Virus record (IMG/VR): IMGVR_UViG_3300042896_001274
Location: 4,035 to 68,034 of that record
DNA from: a virus
Strand: one strand, 5' to 3'
Length of the DNA stretch: 64,000 nt
Positions 9,077-18,477 of this stretch are shown piece by piece (the stretch's first letter is position 1; each line of letters begins with the position of its first letter). Both the position numbers and the translations under genes were made by a program. The notes beneath the pieces are model-generated. The model was not told where the DNA came from. It worked only from the letters and a program-made list of their open reading frames with translations, and ran no database searches.

Positions 9077-9355
9077 TTAAACCTTTTTCTTGGTGGTCAT
9101 GACAGTGGCAGGATACCTTTCTGCGTCAGTCTCCTTGACTTGGTACTCAATCACTTCCCACAACGGTGACAAAGAAATTCGAAAGGCCTCGAGGGCAGAA
9201 AAATGCTTCTTCAATTCGCCAATGTCCTTCCAAATCTTGCCCCGCTTGGACCAAGTAGGCTCACCAGTGAACTTTTCGACCTTACCGTCCTGATACAGTC
9301 CGGTTCCCAGGTCACGCACCTTAAACTTAACCTTCTTAACTTCTGTTTCAGACAT
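9077..9355 (-). CDS. hypothetical protein
   Basis: 92-aa ORF (TGLY...WSKRGKIW). Confidence 0.6.
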   Translation of the reverse strand: MSETEVKKVKFKVRDLGTGLYQDGKVEKFTGEPTWSKRGKIWKDIGELKKHFSALEAFRISLSPLWEVIEYQVKETDAERYPATVMTTKKKV

Positions 9356-9362
9356 AACTCTA

Positions 9363-9569
9363 CTATCTTATACCACCTTGCACGAAGTTTTCACAGCTCT
9401 GCAAAAGTTCTAATTCACTTTCGATCCGCTCGACAAATCCGACATCAGTCAGCACCGTGTACATCGGGGATGCCCACCCATATCGATATCCAACATAAAT
9501 TCCAAGCCGAGGTAATGTTTCTTCAGCGCTAAAAGCATCATACACAATGACAAGATCGCCTGGAATCAC
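9363..9569 (-). CDS. small xPGD-motif SH3/KOW-like protein
   Basis: MIPGDLVIV...LGIYVG...YTVLTDVG. Confidence 0.72.
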   Translation of the reverse strand: MIPGDLVIVYDAFSAEETLPRLGIYVGYRYGWASPMYTVLTDVGFVERIESELELLQSCENFVQGGIR

Positions 9570-9808
9570 TTCAAAACCTCAAGCTCAGAAACATTTGCCC
9601 ACCACAACTTGGACCCAATCATCAGCTTCACTCGACAGCTGTTTTCCCGTTGAATCTCTATGACCAACCCAGTTTCTCCCCGGTGCAGCCATCCTATGTC
9701 TCCTAGGTATCCATAATAAATGTTTTCTGGATCTATAGAAAATTCCACTGACTCGCTAAGAAGACCGACACTATCTCCTATGGGAACCACAATGTCTCCC
9801 GGTTTCAT
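9566..9808 (-). CDS. small xPGD-motif SH3/KOW-like protein
   Basis: MKPGDIVVP...TGLVI...VKLM...WW...LEVL. Confidence 0.75.
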   Translation of the reverse strand: MKPGDIVVPIGDSVGLLSESVEFSIDPENIYYGYLGDIGWLHRGETGLVIEIQRENSCRVKLMIGSKLWWANVSELEVLK

Positions 9809-10032
9809 CGGATTTCCTTTACTTCATCATGAAAGCACAGACCAACACCACCAGGTATCATCACCAACACCCCAACTTGACCCACTACTGCAGGCAAAAC
9901 AATCCCAACCTCGTGGGGATGCCATTCAGGCCACTCACTTCCCTCCGGGTCATTCAACGGGGTGAGCCTCACGATACCATTCAAATGAGAAGGATAACGG
10001 GAAACAGATCTCACCAATGTCCCAGGCCTCAT
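9805..10032 (-). CDS. small xPGD-like SH3/KOW protein
   Basis: MRPGTLVR...VGIVL...VLVMIPGGVG. Confidence 0.72.
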   Translation of the reverse strand: MRPGTLVRSVSRYPSHLNGIVRLTPLNDPEGSEWPEWHPHEVGIVLPAVVGQVGVLVMIPGGVGLCFHDEVKEIR

Positions 10033-10145
10033 AACTAGAATACAAATTATACAATGATCTTACTGAGTTTTTCATTGAGAAGATTCTTATATGTTGTTGG
10101 TGTTATAAAAAACAAATATTAAATTTTCAAACAAAAATAACTTTA

Positions 10146-10152
10146 ATATTTA
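10146..10152 (+). promoter_or_regulatory. putative late-promoter motif ATATTTA
   Basis: Same ATANTTA motif recurs upstream of more than 10 genes in the window. Confidence 0.45.
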
Positions 10153-10174
10153 TCGTGAAGAAAGAATCACACCC

Positions 10175-12391
10175 ATGGCAATAATCACTAGCAAAACCTT
10201 TAATGGGATTCAGCTGTTAAAAGTTAATTCAAATCCGTCTGGAATCTCCGCGCCTAATGGATCGATTGCTTTAGATACATCAACCGCAAACAAATATCGA
10301 AACGTTGGTGGTGACGTATGGAATCTCATAGTTTCTGGTAGCATCACGGAACCTCAAGCTAGTGGTACACAGGGACCTCAAGGCCCTCAAGGTTCAAATG
10401 GTGATAGAGGAACCCAAGGTGTTCCAGGTACTCAAGGAAGCCAAGGTTCAAATGGTGATAGAGGAACCCAAGGTGTTCCAGGTACTCAAGGAAGCCAAGG
10501 TTCAAATGGTGATAGAGGAACCCAAGGTGTTCCAGGTACTCAAGGTCCTCAAGGTTCGACCGGCGACAGAGGAGCTCAAGGTGTTCCAGGATCACAAGGG
10601 GCAACTGGATCTGGTACGCAAGGTTCTCAAGGATACCAAGGCCCTCAAGGAGTTCCAGGATCAGGTGGAGGTGGTGCAAGTGGCGGATTACCAGTCATTA
10701 ACGTTACAACGGATTTAGTTGGACTGGGGTATTCTGCAAACGCAACAAATGATGGATCGTCAAACGGCGGAGATGCAATTCAAGACGCGATAGATCATTT
10801 CTTATTAAATCCTGCAGACTTTTATGCGATTTATATACCTCCTGGCGTTTATAGCATTTCAAAATCACTCATTATTGCATATCCACCATTAGGAAACGCC
10901 GCGGCAGGAACATGGTCACAGTGTAATATCATATCATCATTGAACATGTTCCCAGACGTCGGGGGAGCTGCAATACAATGGAATTCAGGACTCGGTAAAG
11001 TTGATCCGATGCTGGTCATACAGGGAGCAAGAAACGTTTCCTTATCAGGAATTACGTTCAACGGTCCAAACGCTGCACCTTTTAATTTACTAGACGCGCC
11101 AAATCATTATGAAGCATTATTTACTTCAGAATATGCTGACTGGCTTTCCTACGGCATAAGAGATAATTCCATGTCGCCGCAATGTTGTATTGCAATCGAC
11201 CCTTTTGTAAACGGAAATCCTGGGGGTGATGCATCAAATGCATACCCAAACTTGACCGCATATTATACTGATAAATACCAAAGGTCTTCTAGCAATATTG
11301 TGTTTGAAAATTGCGCATTTAGAAAGAGCAACTTTGGCGTTGTCATATCTCCATCAGGTCCTGTAGGGGGAGTCGACGTAATTGGTAATTCAGAAAATTT
11401 CTATTTTAAGAATTGCTTTTTTGAATACAATAGAGTTCATTATAGTACCGGACAATCACAAGCAAGAGCAAATAATCTATTTTCACCTAGAATGATTGGT
11501 TCTTGGATAGCGATAGATACAGAATTAGTCGGACCAGGTGGTAATCAAGGTGTCGCACCTACGTTATCAGGTGCTCCAAACTTTGGCGGATGTAAATACG
11601 TTTTCAACATAAATACAAGAAATCAAGTTTTTGATGCATCAAGTTGTTATTTTGAATCAATCGCAAGTCTAGGAAGAATAGACTTCGGTGCTGGGGGATT
11701 AGGGGCTAGATTCTCATCTTGTAGCATTACTTTTATTGCGCCTGGTGACGTAGGGACAGATACCGCGGCGAGCGCTGCCGTGGGTGGTACTGTTGCAGGA
11801 ATCCCTTATCATTTATCCAATATGGGAATGTTGCATATGGATCGCTGTGGCATAAACACTGGAGATTATCCTTTAAAGATTTGGAATGACTCTTCAGCTA
11901 GATTAAAACTAACACAATGCGCAATACAAACCCAAGGAAGTAACTCTAAGATTCAAATCGGATTTGACAAATATTCACTTCGTAATGATCAAAAGATTGT
12001 AATAATCGATAACATAATAGTCGTCCCTGTCACGGGAAACATTATTCAAGATAGTCCTACAACGACGAAGTGGAATAGCTACGATATCGGAGGCGCAACG
12101 TTTACACAAGGCGCCAATCAAACGATCGGTACATTCACTGTAACATCAGGTCAGGCAGAAAATCTTGAAGTAGGAGATTTGATCTACTTAGAAAGTGGTC
12201 CAGGAAACGATTTTCAACCAGAAATATTTACTACGAATGGTTATTCAGCTGCAGACCTATGGGGAACAATTGGTAAGATACAATCTGTAACAGATTCCGG
12301 AGAAACAAGAACAGTTACAGTAAAACACATACACAAAGGATTTCCATTTGATACCGCAGTGAATATTAGGCGTTTTAGATGGTCAGCATGA
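10175..12391 (+). CDS. collagen-repeat fibre or tailspike with pectin-lyase-like beta-helix
   Basis: Gly-X-Y repeats, then DA(I)Q.AID...IYIPPGVY (typical beta-helix start) and N/S/G-rich beta repeats. Confidence 0.75.
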   Translation: MAIITSKTFNGIQLLKVNSNPSGISAPNGSIALDTSTANKYRNVGGDVWNLIVSGSITEPQASGTQGPQGPQGSNGDRGTQGVPGTQGSQGSNGDRGTQGVPGTQGSQGSNGDRGTQGVPGTQGPQGSTGDRGAQGVPGSQGATGSGTQGSQGYQGPQGVPGSGGGGASGGLPVINVTTDLVGLGYSANATNDGSSNGGDAIQDAIDHFLLNPADFYAIYIPPGVYSISKSLIIAYPPLGNAAAGTWSQCNIISSLNMFPDVGGAAIQWNSGLGKVDPMLVIQGARNVSLSGITFNGPNAAPFNLLDAPNHYEALFTSEYADWLSYGIRDNSMSPQCCIAIDPFVNGNPGGDASNAYPNLTAYYTDKYQRSSSNIVFENCAFRKSNFGVVISPSGPVGGVDVIGNSENFYFKNCFFEYNRVHYSTGQSQARANNLFSPRMIGSWIAIDTELVGPGGNQGVAPTLSGAPNFGGCKYVFNINTRNQVFDASSCYFESIASLGRIDFGAGGLGARFSSCSITFIAPGDVGTDTAASAAVGGTVAGIPYHLSNMGMLHMDRCGINTGDYPLKIWNDSSARLKLTQCAIQTQGSNSKIQIGFDKYSLRNDQKIVIIDNIIVVPVTGNIIQDSPTTTKWNSYDIGGATFTQGANQTIGTFTVTSGQAENLEVGDLIYLESGPGNDFQPEIFTTNGYSAADLWGTIGKIQSVTDSGETRTVTVKHIHKGFPFDTAVNIRRFRWSA
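10388..10549 (+). repeat. 54-bp tandem repeat x3 (QGSNGDRGTQGVPGTQGS), plus a degenerate fourth copy
   Basis: caaggttcaaatggtgatagaggaacccaaggtgttccaggtactcaagg... starts at 10388, 10442 and 10496. Confidence 0.9.
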
Positions 12392-12399
12392 AATTAGAA

Positions 12400-12433
12400 A
12401 TTCAGGCTTCGCGTGAAGCCTGAATCGCTTTTT
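12400..12433. terminator. intrinsic terminator between convergent genes
   Basis: 11-bp stem ATTCAGGCTTC-GCGT-GAAGCCTGAAT followed by a T-tract. Confidence 0.8.
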
Positions 12434-13098
12434 TACTTTGAAGATTCTTGTTTAAGAGCGTCTTGCTGTTCTGCAGGTTTAAACAACCCTTTTTGTTTCT
12501 CAATTTCATTATTGAGTTGCTCTGGTGTCTTCTCTAGTAGGTGTCTATAGAAAGACTCACGATTATTAACACCAGGCCAATTACAAGATCCAGCCCCGCC
12601 ATAAATTGCCATCGCACCATGAAATGTTCCGCATTGCTTCATTCCCATGGCCAGGTAACGAACTGCAACATTTGCTGACATCATTGTTGATTCAAGGCTT
12701 GAAGAATTCATTGTCTTGTATTCATCTTGATTAACAAGGCCAGTCTTTTGGATCTGCCATGGAGAACGAGCCTTGTGATAAACAGTTCCACTTGCCGACA
12801 CCGAAGGATCACATTCGTATTTTCGACACTTACCTTCGTGGACGTTCTTGGCAAACTTGCTCTCCCAATACCCCATGGTAATTAGAAGAAGTGCCAGGCT
12901 CTTCTTTTCCTTTGGCCAGGTACGTACGCATGTCTTATCAGACTCATATTTGTCAGAACACGTAGCTTTTGATGATGCATCATCGATTGCCTGAGCAATA
13001 ATTGACATGCGATCAACACGTTGTTGCCAAGCCTCACCGTCCCCGTAAGTGGGCTGAAGGCTTAGCAGAACCGTTGTAATGTAGTTAACGAGATTCAT
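12433..13098 (-). CDS. putative lytic transglycosylase/lysozyme-fold protein
   Basis: W-E-S-K-F catalytic-Glu-like motif, SPWQI, A.A.Y.G. Confidence 0.45.
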   Translation of the reverse strand: MNLVNYITTVLLSLQPTYGDGEAWQQRVDRMSIIAQAIDDASSKATCSDKYESDKTCVRTWPKEKKSLALLLITMGYWESKFAKNVHEGKCRKYECDPSVSASGTVYHKARSPWQIQKTGLVNQDEYKTMNSSSLESTMMSANVAVRYLAMGMKQCGTFHGAMAIYGGAGSCNWPGVNNRESFYRHLLEKTPEQLNNEIEKQKGLFKPAEQQDALKQESSK

Positions 13099-13223
13099 GG
13101 AATGTTATATATCACCTTTACGAAAGTTTGTTCACCTTTGTTTACATCAAATTACAGAATTCGCTGACGAATATTTTAAAAGTGTAAAATAGCCGTGCCA
13201 CGTGATAATATAAGGTACAGTTC

Positions 13224-13646
13224 ATGATCCCAACTCTCAGTCCATATGGATTAATACAAGAGTCGCTTTGGCCTGATTCTTGGAAGATCCTTGTTTCTTG
13301 TGTGATGTTGAACTGTACAACTCGGAAGCAAGTAGAAAAAGTTCTTCCTAAGTTTTTTTCTCTTTGGCCGAGTGCCGAAGAACTTTTGAAGTCAAACCCA
13401 GAAGATATTACCGAAACAATTGCAGCACTTGGGTTTAAGAACAGAAGGACCAAGAACCTATTAAGCATGACCAGATCGTATCTGGAATGTGAATGGAAAG
13501 ACCCAAGGGAACTTCCTGGTGTTGGTGAGTACGGTGCCAGAGCTTGGGAGATATTTTGTGCAGATAAATTAGGGGATGAACCTCCAAAAGACGGAGCCCT
13601 GGTGTTATATTGGGAGTGGAGAAAGAAACATGACAATCGAACGTAA
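13224..13646 (+). CDS. MBD4-like HhH-GPD DNA glycosylase
   Basis: SPYGLIQE..W.DSWK.LV...LN.T...LPGVGEYG..AW.IFC...PKD follows the eukaryotic MBD4 catalytic domain, including the catalytic Asp. Confidence 0.85.
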   Translation: MIPTLSPYGLIQESLWPDSWKILVSCVMLNCTTRKQVEKVLPKFFSLWPSAEELLKSNPEDITETIAALGFKNRRTKNLLSMTRSYLECEWKDPRELPGVGEYGARAWEIFCADKLGDEPPKDGALVLYWEWRKKHDNRT

Positions 13647-13950
13647 ACAATTTCAACAGAAGCCTGAAAAGAAAAAGGTCGACAAGATTGACGCCCGGAA
13701 ACTCAAGCGGAGTTTCAAGACAGATTCATTGTCGGACGCAATCGTTGAGGGGAAGTTCGTAGGAGAGATTGGCTGTGAGATCGTTGTCAGCAGGTTTCGC
13801 AATGGAAAAGACACATTGTCAGTCTGCACCGTGAAACAGGTGGATGAAAAGGATCTCATCCACACTTGGGATGAAACCCTTCAACAGTGGTTTGTGTTTC
13901 CAATCAACGAATCGCCTAAGATCACAAAGTTACTTACGATTAAAAAGTAA
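13630..13950 (+). CDS. hypothetical protein
   Basis: ORF from MTIERK, overlapping the end of the glycosylase gene. Confidence 0.6.
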   Translation: MTIERKQFQQKPEKKKVDKIDARKLKRSFKTDSLSDAIVEGKFVGEIGCEIVVSRFRNGKDTLSVCTVKQVDEKDLIHTWDETLQQWFVFPINESPKITKLLTIKK

Positions 13951-14994
13951 AAAGAACTTTTTGATCATATCGAATAAGAATCCAAGGAAACTTGGGTTCT
14001 TTTCTAGTTTCACGGGCGGTACTGCCACAATGGCATTTAGTTCATTGATCAATTCTTTATTGATCGTGGCTGTAGAGACTGGTTTTGAATCGATCGGTGC
14101 ACTTATTATGATTGGTTTGACTTCTTCAAGTTGAACGAAAGACCACTTCTCTAGTTCTGCGGAATTGTTCGGAAGATCAACACCGAACAAACTTTCGACA
14201 ATCGGTCTGAGAGCATCATATCTCTTTGGGTAGATCTTGATGTTTGGACCAAAAGTGAGTCTCTTGATCAATGAGATGCACCATTCTTGGGACCACTTTT
14301 TACCCACAAATTTCGTTGATGAAAACATTTCTCCTGCGATTCGAGGAAGATTGATCGCGAAGGTAAGATAAATCGCTCTTGTTGCATCGGCCCAAGGGGT
14401 TGAGGTTTTATCATCGAACAGAGACTTTTTCACCTCTGCGGGAACGAATCCCATTAATCTATCCACGGTAAACTTTTTTTGAATTTCATGGGTACGTGGA
14501 TCTTCAAAGACAGATGCCACAGCTGCGGCCCACGTTTTCGCATACATCCTCAGCTCATTGTTCCACTTTCCCTTCCGACCGTCACAACCCAAGAACAATT
14601 TCTGTTGAAGTGCAATGCTATTGACCTCAGAATCGCCTATAAAAAATCTCCAAATTCCTTTATGGTTTTTCCTAAAAGAAGAATTTGAAATTTTTAAAGC
14701 AGGCTTCAAGTGCTCTTGAACCATAGATTCTTTTCCAGAATCGCAAATTGCACCGAGGAGCTTCGAAACAGAAAAAGTGTTGGCCTCTCCCCATTGAATG
14801 AGACCCACGGTCAAAATCATCCGATCATACATGTTTATGGCATCATAATGGCCACTTTCGATCGCGGTGATCGTGGCAAGATATTTGTCCTCAAGAGAAG
14901 GATTCTTAGGAAGTTCAAACTTGGTCTTTCCACGGTAAAATGGACCCTCAAACTCCTGATACATGCTCCAATAAACGTCTTCTACGCGAGCCAT
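13930..14994 (-). CDS. putative peptidoglycan hydrolase (lysozyme-like)
   Basis: AIESG.YDAINMYD..ILTVGLIQW motif; GAGGAGG Shine-Dalgarno. Confidence 0.5.
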   Translation of the reverse strand: MARVEDVYWSMYQEFEGPFYRGKTKFELPKNPSLEDKYLATITAIESGHYDAINMYDRMILTVGLIQWGEANTFSVSKLLGAICDSGKESMVQEHLKPALKISNSSFRKNHKGIWRFFIGDSEVNSIALQQKLFLGCDGRKGKWNNELRMYAKTWAAAVASVFEDPRTHEIQKKFTVDRLMGFVPAEVKKSLFDDKTSTPWADATRAIYLTFAINLPRIAGEMFSSTKFVGKKWSQEWCISLIKRLTFGPNIKIYPKRYDALRPIVESLFGVDLPNNSAELEKWSFVQLEEVKPIIISAPIDSKPVSTATINKELINELNAIVAVPPVKLEKNPSFLGFLFDMIKKFFLLFNRK

Positions 14995-15026
14995 AAAGTT
15001 CCTCCTCGAATTTAGGAAAAATTATG

Positions 15027-15743
15027 TTAGTATATAACTTCCTCTTTCGCAAGAAACTTTGAAATTATATCTTTATGGATGAAAAAAGTCAAAAAAGGTC
15101 CAGATGTTGAAACCCAAGAACATGTTCCAATAAAATGCCCATCAGAATCAAAGGCTCCACCCCCGGAATTACCCATCCAAGCAGGAGATGAAATCTGAAC
15201 CACCTTGTCAACAGGTGCCTCAAGCGGTCCCTTCATTCCAATACGAACCGCAGACACATATCCCTTCGAATATGTCCACCCATAACCAGCCGTGTGACCC
15301 ATTATGTGAACCTCTTCACCAGACTCTATTATCTCATCAGTGAATATAACATTGTCATGAATCGGTTCAGATGTCGGATCAACTGCCAAAAGTGCGAGAT
15401 CATTTGTCTCATCAACGGCTCTAACAACCGCCATGTGAATTCCATCATCCTCATCAAAGGTTTCATATGTAACCAATTTATGACTGTTTATACAGTGCCC
15501 AGCTGTCAATAAAAATCCCCTCTTGACCCACACTGCAGAACAACGGATCCACGGATTCCTTGGATCAAGGTCTGTCAATGCAACTGTCAATCCTTTCAAT
15601 CTACGAACATTTTCAATCTGATCAGATCGATGATTTTGATGAGAAACATGTGAAATCTGCAAGTTTTTCGCAGGACTAGCACAACATCCCATGAGAAAGA
15701 AAAATAAACTAAATGCAAATAGGCTCCCGAAATTTTTCACCAA
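15027..15743 (-). CDS. trypsin-like serine protease, secreted or lipoprotein
   Basis: LTAGHC, DLALL, GNSGG triad; signal peptide with Cys. Confidence 0.88.
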   Translation of the reverse strand: MVKNFGSLFAFSLFFFLMGCCASPAKNLQISHVSHQNHRSDQIENVRRLKGLTVALTDLDPRNPWIRCSAVWVKRGFLLTAGHCINSHKLVTYETFDEDDGIHMAVVRAVDETNDLALLAVDPTSEPIHDNVIFTDEIIESGEEVHIMGHTAGYGWTYSKGYVSAVRIGMKGPLEAPVDKVVQISSPAWMGNSGGGAFDSDGHFIGTCSWVSTSGPFLTFFIHKDIISKFLAKEEVIY

Positions 15744-15868
15744 AGCCCCCTTCAGCAGGTCGAAAATCCAGCTTAATAATACCTATATGTGCTCAAGTCT
15801 GCCCGATGCTTTCGACTATGAAAATATTGCTTTTGTAGAATTTTGGTAAACAAATGTAATATCAAACC

Positions 15869-16099
15869 ATGCCTCTATCGAAAGAAAACCAAGACTTAAT
15901 TCGAGCCGCGGCCAAGGAAGCCGGTGATCACCTCAAGGGTAAACTTCCTCCTTGCAAGTTTCTCAAGGAACGGAACTCATATGCTCACATATGGGAGAGA
16001 ATAGCTTCTCGTATGGGAAAGTCTTACAAGGATTGCGATGATCATCAAGTTCCACAGATCTTAGAGATGATCGAATGGTACAGAAACAACCCATGCTAA
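15869..16099 (+). CDS. hypothetical protein
   Basis: 76-aa ORF; TAATAT-N6-ATG. Confidence 0.65.
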   Translation: MPLSKENQDLIRAAAKEAGDHLKGKLPPCKFLKERNSYAHIWERIASRMGKSYKDCDDHQVPQILEMIEWYRNNPC

Positions 16100-16401
16100 A
16101 CATCATCAAGAATATAAAATGGGACATCAAACAGGGTCGGTATAACAAGTTTCCGACATGTTGTGTCACCTTTTACTCTTTCCTATGGTCTAGGATCAGT
16201 GACTTAGGGGTATCAACGGATTCTATCCATGAAACAGGATGGTGGAGGTTGCTTGTCTGTAATCCCTACAACTTTCTCATCAAAACCGGATGGAAGCTAA
16301 GAGGTAGGGATTATCAAGAAACAACTTGGAACAGGATTCCCTGTCCCAAGTGCATTTTTTTTGGTGAACCCACTGATCCGATTGACGGATTCGCGGAATG
16401 A
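16093..16401 (+). CDS. hypothetical protein
   Basis: P.CC and PCPKC motifs. Confidence 0.55.
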   Translation: MLNIIKNIKWDIKQGRYNKFPTCCVTFYSFLWSRISDLGVSTDSIHETGWWRLLVCNPYNFLIKTGWKLRGRDYQETTWNRIPCPKCIFFGEPTDPIDGFAE

Positions 16402-16402
16402 A

Positions 16403-16951
16403 TCACTTGCCTGACTTTATCTTTTCAATTGTGGAATCAAACCACTTCTCTAGGTTTCCGCGGAAGGGCCACATCCAGAAATAATTCGCTGTTGTAAACT
16501 GCGAAATGATGAACTCCCTTACCTGCGAAGAAGAAGCGGCTTTTTCTCCATGATATTGGTAGATCGCCCGGATGCTCTCTTCGTATGCCTCTTGTTCAAA
16601 CTTCTTGCGGAAGTAAGCCAAACCTACTGGAAGCGGGAATAAGAGATATAAGAAAGAGAAAAGAAACCTTCCGTACTTCTTACCCTGTCTCATGTGAATC
16701 CTTTCGTGCCTTAGGACCTCAACCTTGTCCACAAGGCGGTTGGATTCCCACTTCTCTGTGACATACACCTTCACTCCAAGGGTGGTTATGAAATTGGTCA
16801 TGAATGTTTTCATCTGACCGAAAGTGATCACCTTGAGGCAGACATCAATTAGCTTCATCAGCTTTGAATCTGTCTTCTTGATGATGTCAAAATCTGGGAA
16901 CTCTTTCTTAATTTCTACCAGCAGTGCCTCATAGTCTTCTTTAATCGCCAT
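16403..16951 (-). CDS. putative zinc metallopeptidase (HExxH)
   Basis: LRHERIHMRQ...FEQEAY. Confidence 0.65.
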   Translation of the reverse strand: MAIKEDYEALLVEIKKEFPDFDIIKKTDSKLMKLIDVCLKVITFGQMKTFMTNFITTLGVKVYVTEKWESNRLVDKVEVLRHERIHMRQGKKYGRFLFSFLYLLFPLPVGLAYFRKKFEQEAYEESIRAIYQYHGEKAASSSQVREFIISQFTTANYFWMWPFRGNLEKWFDSTIEKIKSGK

Positions 16952-17023
16952 AGAATTGTTTCTCCTGAGAGATGATTATAATCCAGAACAACTAGAAAGT
17001 GTTGGTATAAGGTAACAAAATAG

Positions 17024-17314
17024 ATGACGGTCAAGAAGCTCCTACCCCCTGGAACTATGCTCGTGTGCCGCATAGATCTAGATCAATTGATCCTATGGTC
17101 ATCATACAATTGTGATCTTGATGATATTAATGCAACAGTGGATGTGAATGAGGTCCTGATGGTAATCGATTCTAGGGTCACACCTGAAGAAGATCGACCG
17201 AAGTATGATGAAGTCTACACGGATGAATGGAAGAACGGTGCTTACTTTGTCATGTCTTCATCAGGTGTGAAGGGGTGGATCGGTGAAGGTTGGGTAATGC
17301 CGGTCACCATCTGA
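17024..17314 (+). CDS. xPGD-like SH3-fold small protein
   Basis: LPPGTMLV...LMVI...VMSSSGVKGWI. Confidence 0.6.
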   Translation: MTVKKLLPPGTMLVCRIDLDQLILWSSYNCDLDDINATVDVNEVLMVIDSRVTPEEDRPKYDEVYTDEWKNGAYFVMSSSGVKGWIGEGWVMPVTI

Positions 17315-17579
17315 TTCTGATTCCACAAGTTGCCCCTGTTGGTTTGACTGGAGCTGGTATTCCAGTGATCTTGGTCAGATTGACATCGAAACGAAATTCA
17401 ACAGGAGACCGATAGCCTCCTGACTTTTTCTTCTCTGTGACCAGAGGAACTCCGATGCTTATAGAAGAGCTCTGAATGCTGAACTTGACCGGGACAGGTT
17501 CAAGGGTGGTCGGGACGGACGACAAAAATGTTCCACAACCCGAACACAATAACAATAGGGGAATTATTAAAAGCCTCAC
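17304..17579 (-). CDS. putative lipoprotein
   Basis: MRLLIIPLLLLCSGC lipobox-like N-terminus. Confidence 0.55.
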   Translation of the reverse strand: MRLLIIPLLLLCSGCGTFLSSVPTTLEPVPVKFSIQSSSISIGVPLVTEKKKSGGYRSPVEFRFDVNLTKITGIPAPVKPTGATCGIRIRW

Positions 17580-17593
17580 CTAAGTTAAGTAGG

Positions 17594-18421
17594 TCACCCC
17601 CACAGGTGTTCAAAGCATCCGGTGAACTTCTCCCAGCTTCCATCCTTTGTAAGTGACTTGAAACCGTGACCCTCGAACGCCGCCTTCACATCATCCCATC
17701 CTTTCTCAGGAGAAGTTGATGTCATCTCCATCCGTTCCTCCTCAGACCAAGGACGAAAAGAAATCAAATCGTGGTTCCGGGTGAAGATCTCCGCATGTTG
17801 AGGATCAGCAAGAAACTTTGAGAGCTTGTCTGGATCAGATGCCAGGTCGGCAGCCGTCTTGTCTCCAACACCAGGAATTCCAGGAATGTTATCACTACCG
17901 TCTCCCCTCAAGGACTTCCATGTCACATAGTCATAATCCTGAGGAGCAACAACATAGTCTTTCTTCATGGGATTCCAGATCTTCACGTGATGGAATTCCT
18001 GGAGCAACTGGGTAAAGTCTGAATCATTAGAGATGACTGTCCACGGTACTGCTGTGGAACTCCGCTTGATGAGGTTGTAGATGGTATCATCACATTCGGA
18101 CGTTCCATGTCGAACCACGGAGACAGGGAATCGGGTGGACAACAACTCCACGATCTCATCCTTCTGACGGAAAAACTTCTGGAGCTCTTGGTACTTGGGA
18201 TCATCCTCCTCGACCCTACGAGTTGCCTTGTATTCAGGCAAGAGTTCATACCGCTGGACAGGCCGACCCTCAAGGACCACATAGACTCGTGTCGGCTTGA
18301 ACTGGTCGACCAAGGCCTTGAACTGCCGAAAGAAGTTATAAACAACCGGTGCAGGACCCATGAGAAAACCGCTACGGGCTCGGTGACACAGGTTCATAAA
18401 ATCGATACAGAGGATTGACAT
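17594..18421 (-). CDS. 5'-3' exonuclease / flap endonuclease (T4 RNase H / Pol I N-domain family)
   Basis: ID..N, YKA.R, ECDD, SNDSDF.QL, GDGSDNIPGIPGVGDKTA. Confidence 0.92.
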   Translation of the reverse strand: MSILCIDFMNLCHRARSGFLMGPAPVVYNFFRQFKALVDQFKPTRVYVVLEGRPVQRYELLPEYKATRRVEEDDPKYQELQKFFRQKDEIVELLSTRFPVSVVRHGTSECDDTIYNLIKRSSTAVPWTVISNDSDFTQLLQEFHHVKIWNPMKKDYVVAPQDYDYVTWKSLRGDGSDNIPGIPGVGDKTAADLASDPDKLSKFLADPQHAEIFTRNHDLISFRPWSEEERMEMTSTSPEKGWDDVKAAFEGHGFKSLTKDGSWEKFTGCFEHLWG

Positions 18422-18427
18422 ATTATG

Positions 18428-18433
18428 ATCTTA
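18428..18433 (-). promoter_or_regulatory. -10 hexamer TAAGAT of a putative leaderless transcript
   Basis: TAAGAT-cataat-ATG, nearly identical to TAAGAT-cataac-ATG at 61088-61102. Confidence 0.55.
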
Positions 18434-18477
18434 CCATCTCGAGAAACAAGATTACACAACGTGATATAATTTATCAC

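Noticed and set aside
1-10032. Stop-codon reassignment fragmenting long genes, or a DGR/integron cassette array
   Set aside because: Each short ORF restarts with its own xPGD motif and ATGA overlap, and long genes read through normally in code 11. No reverse transcriptase, TR/VR pair, integrase or attC-like repeat was seen in this window.
10388-10603. CRISPR-like repeat array
   Set aside because: The 54-bp units are contiguous, in frame, encode collagen Gly-X-Y and have no unique spacers.
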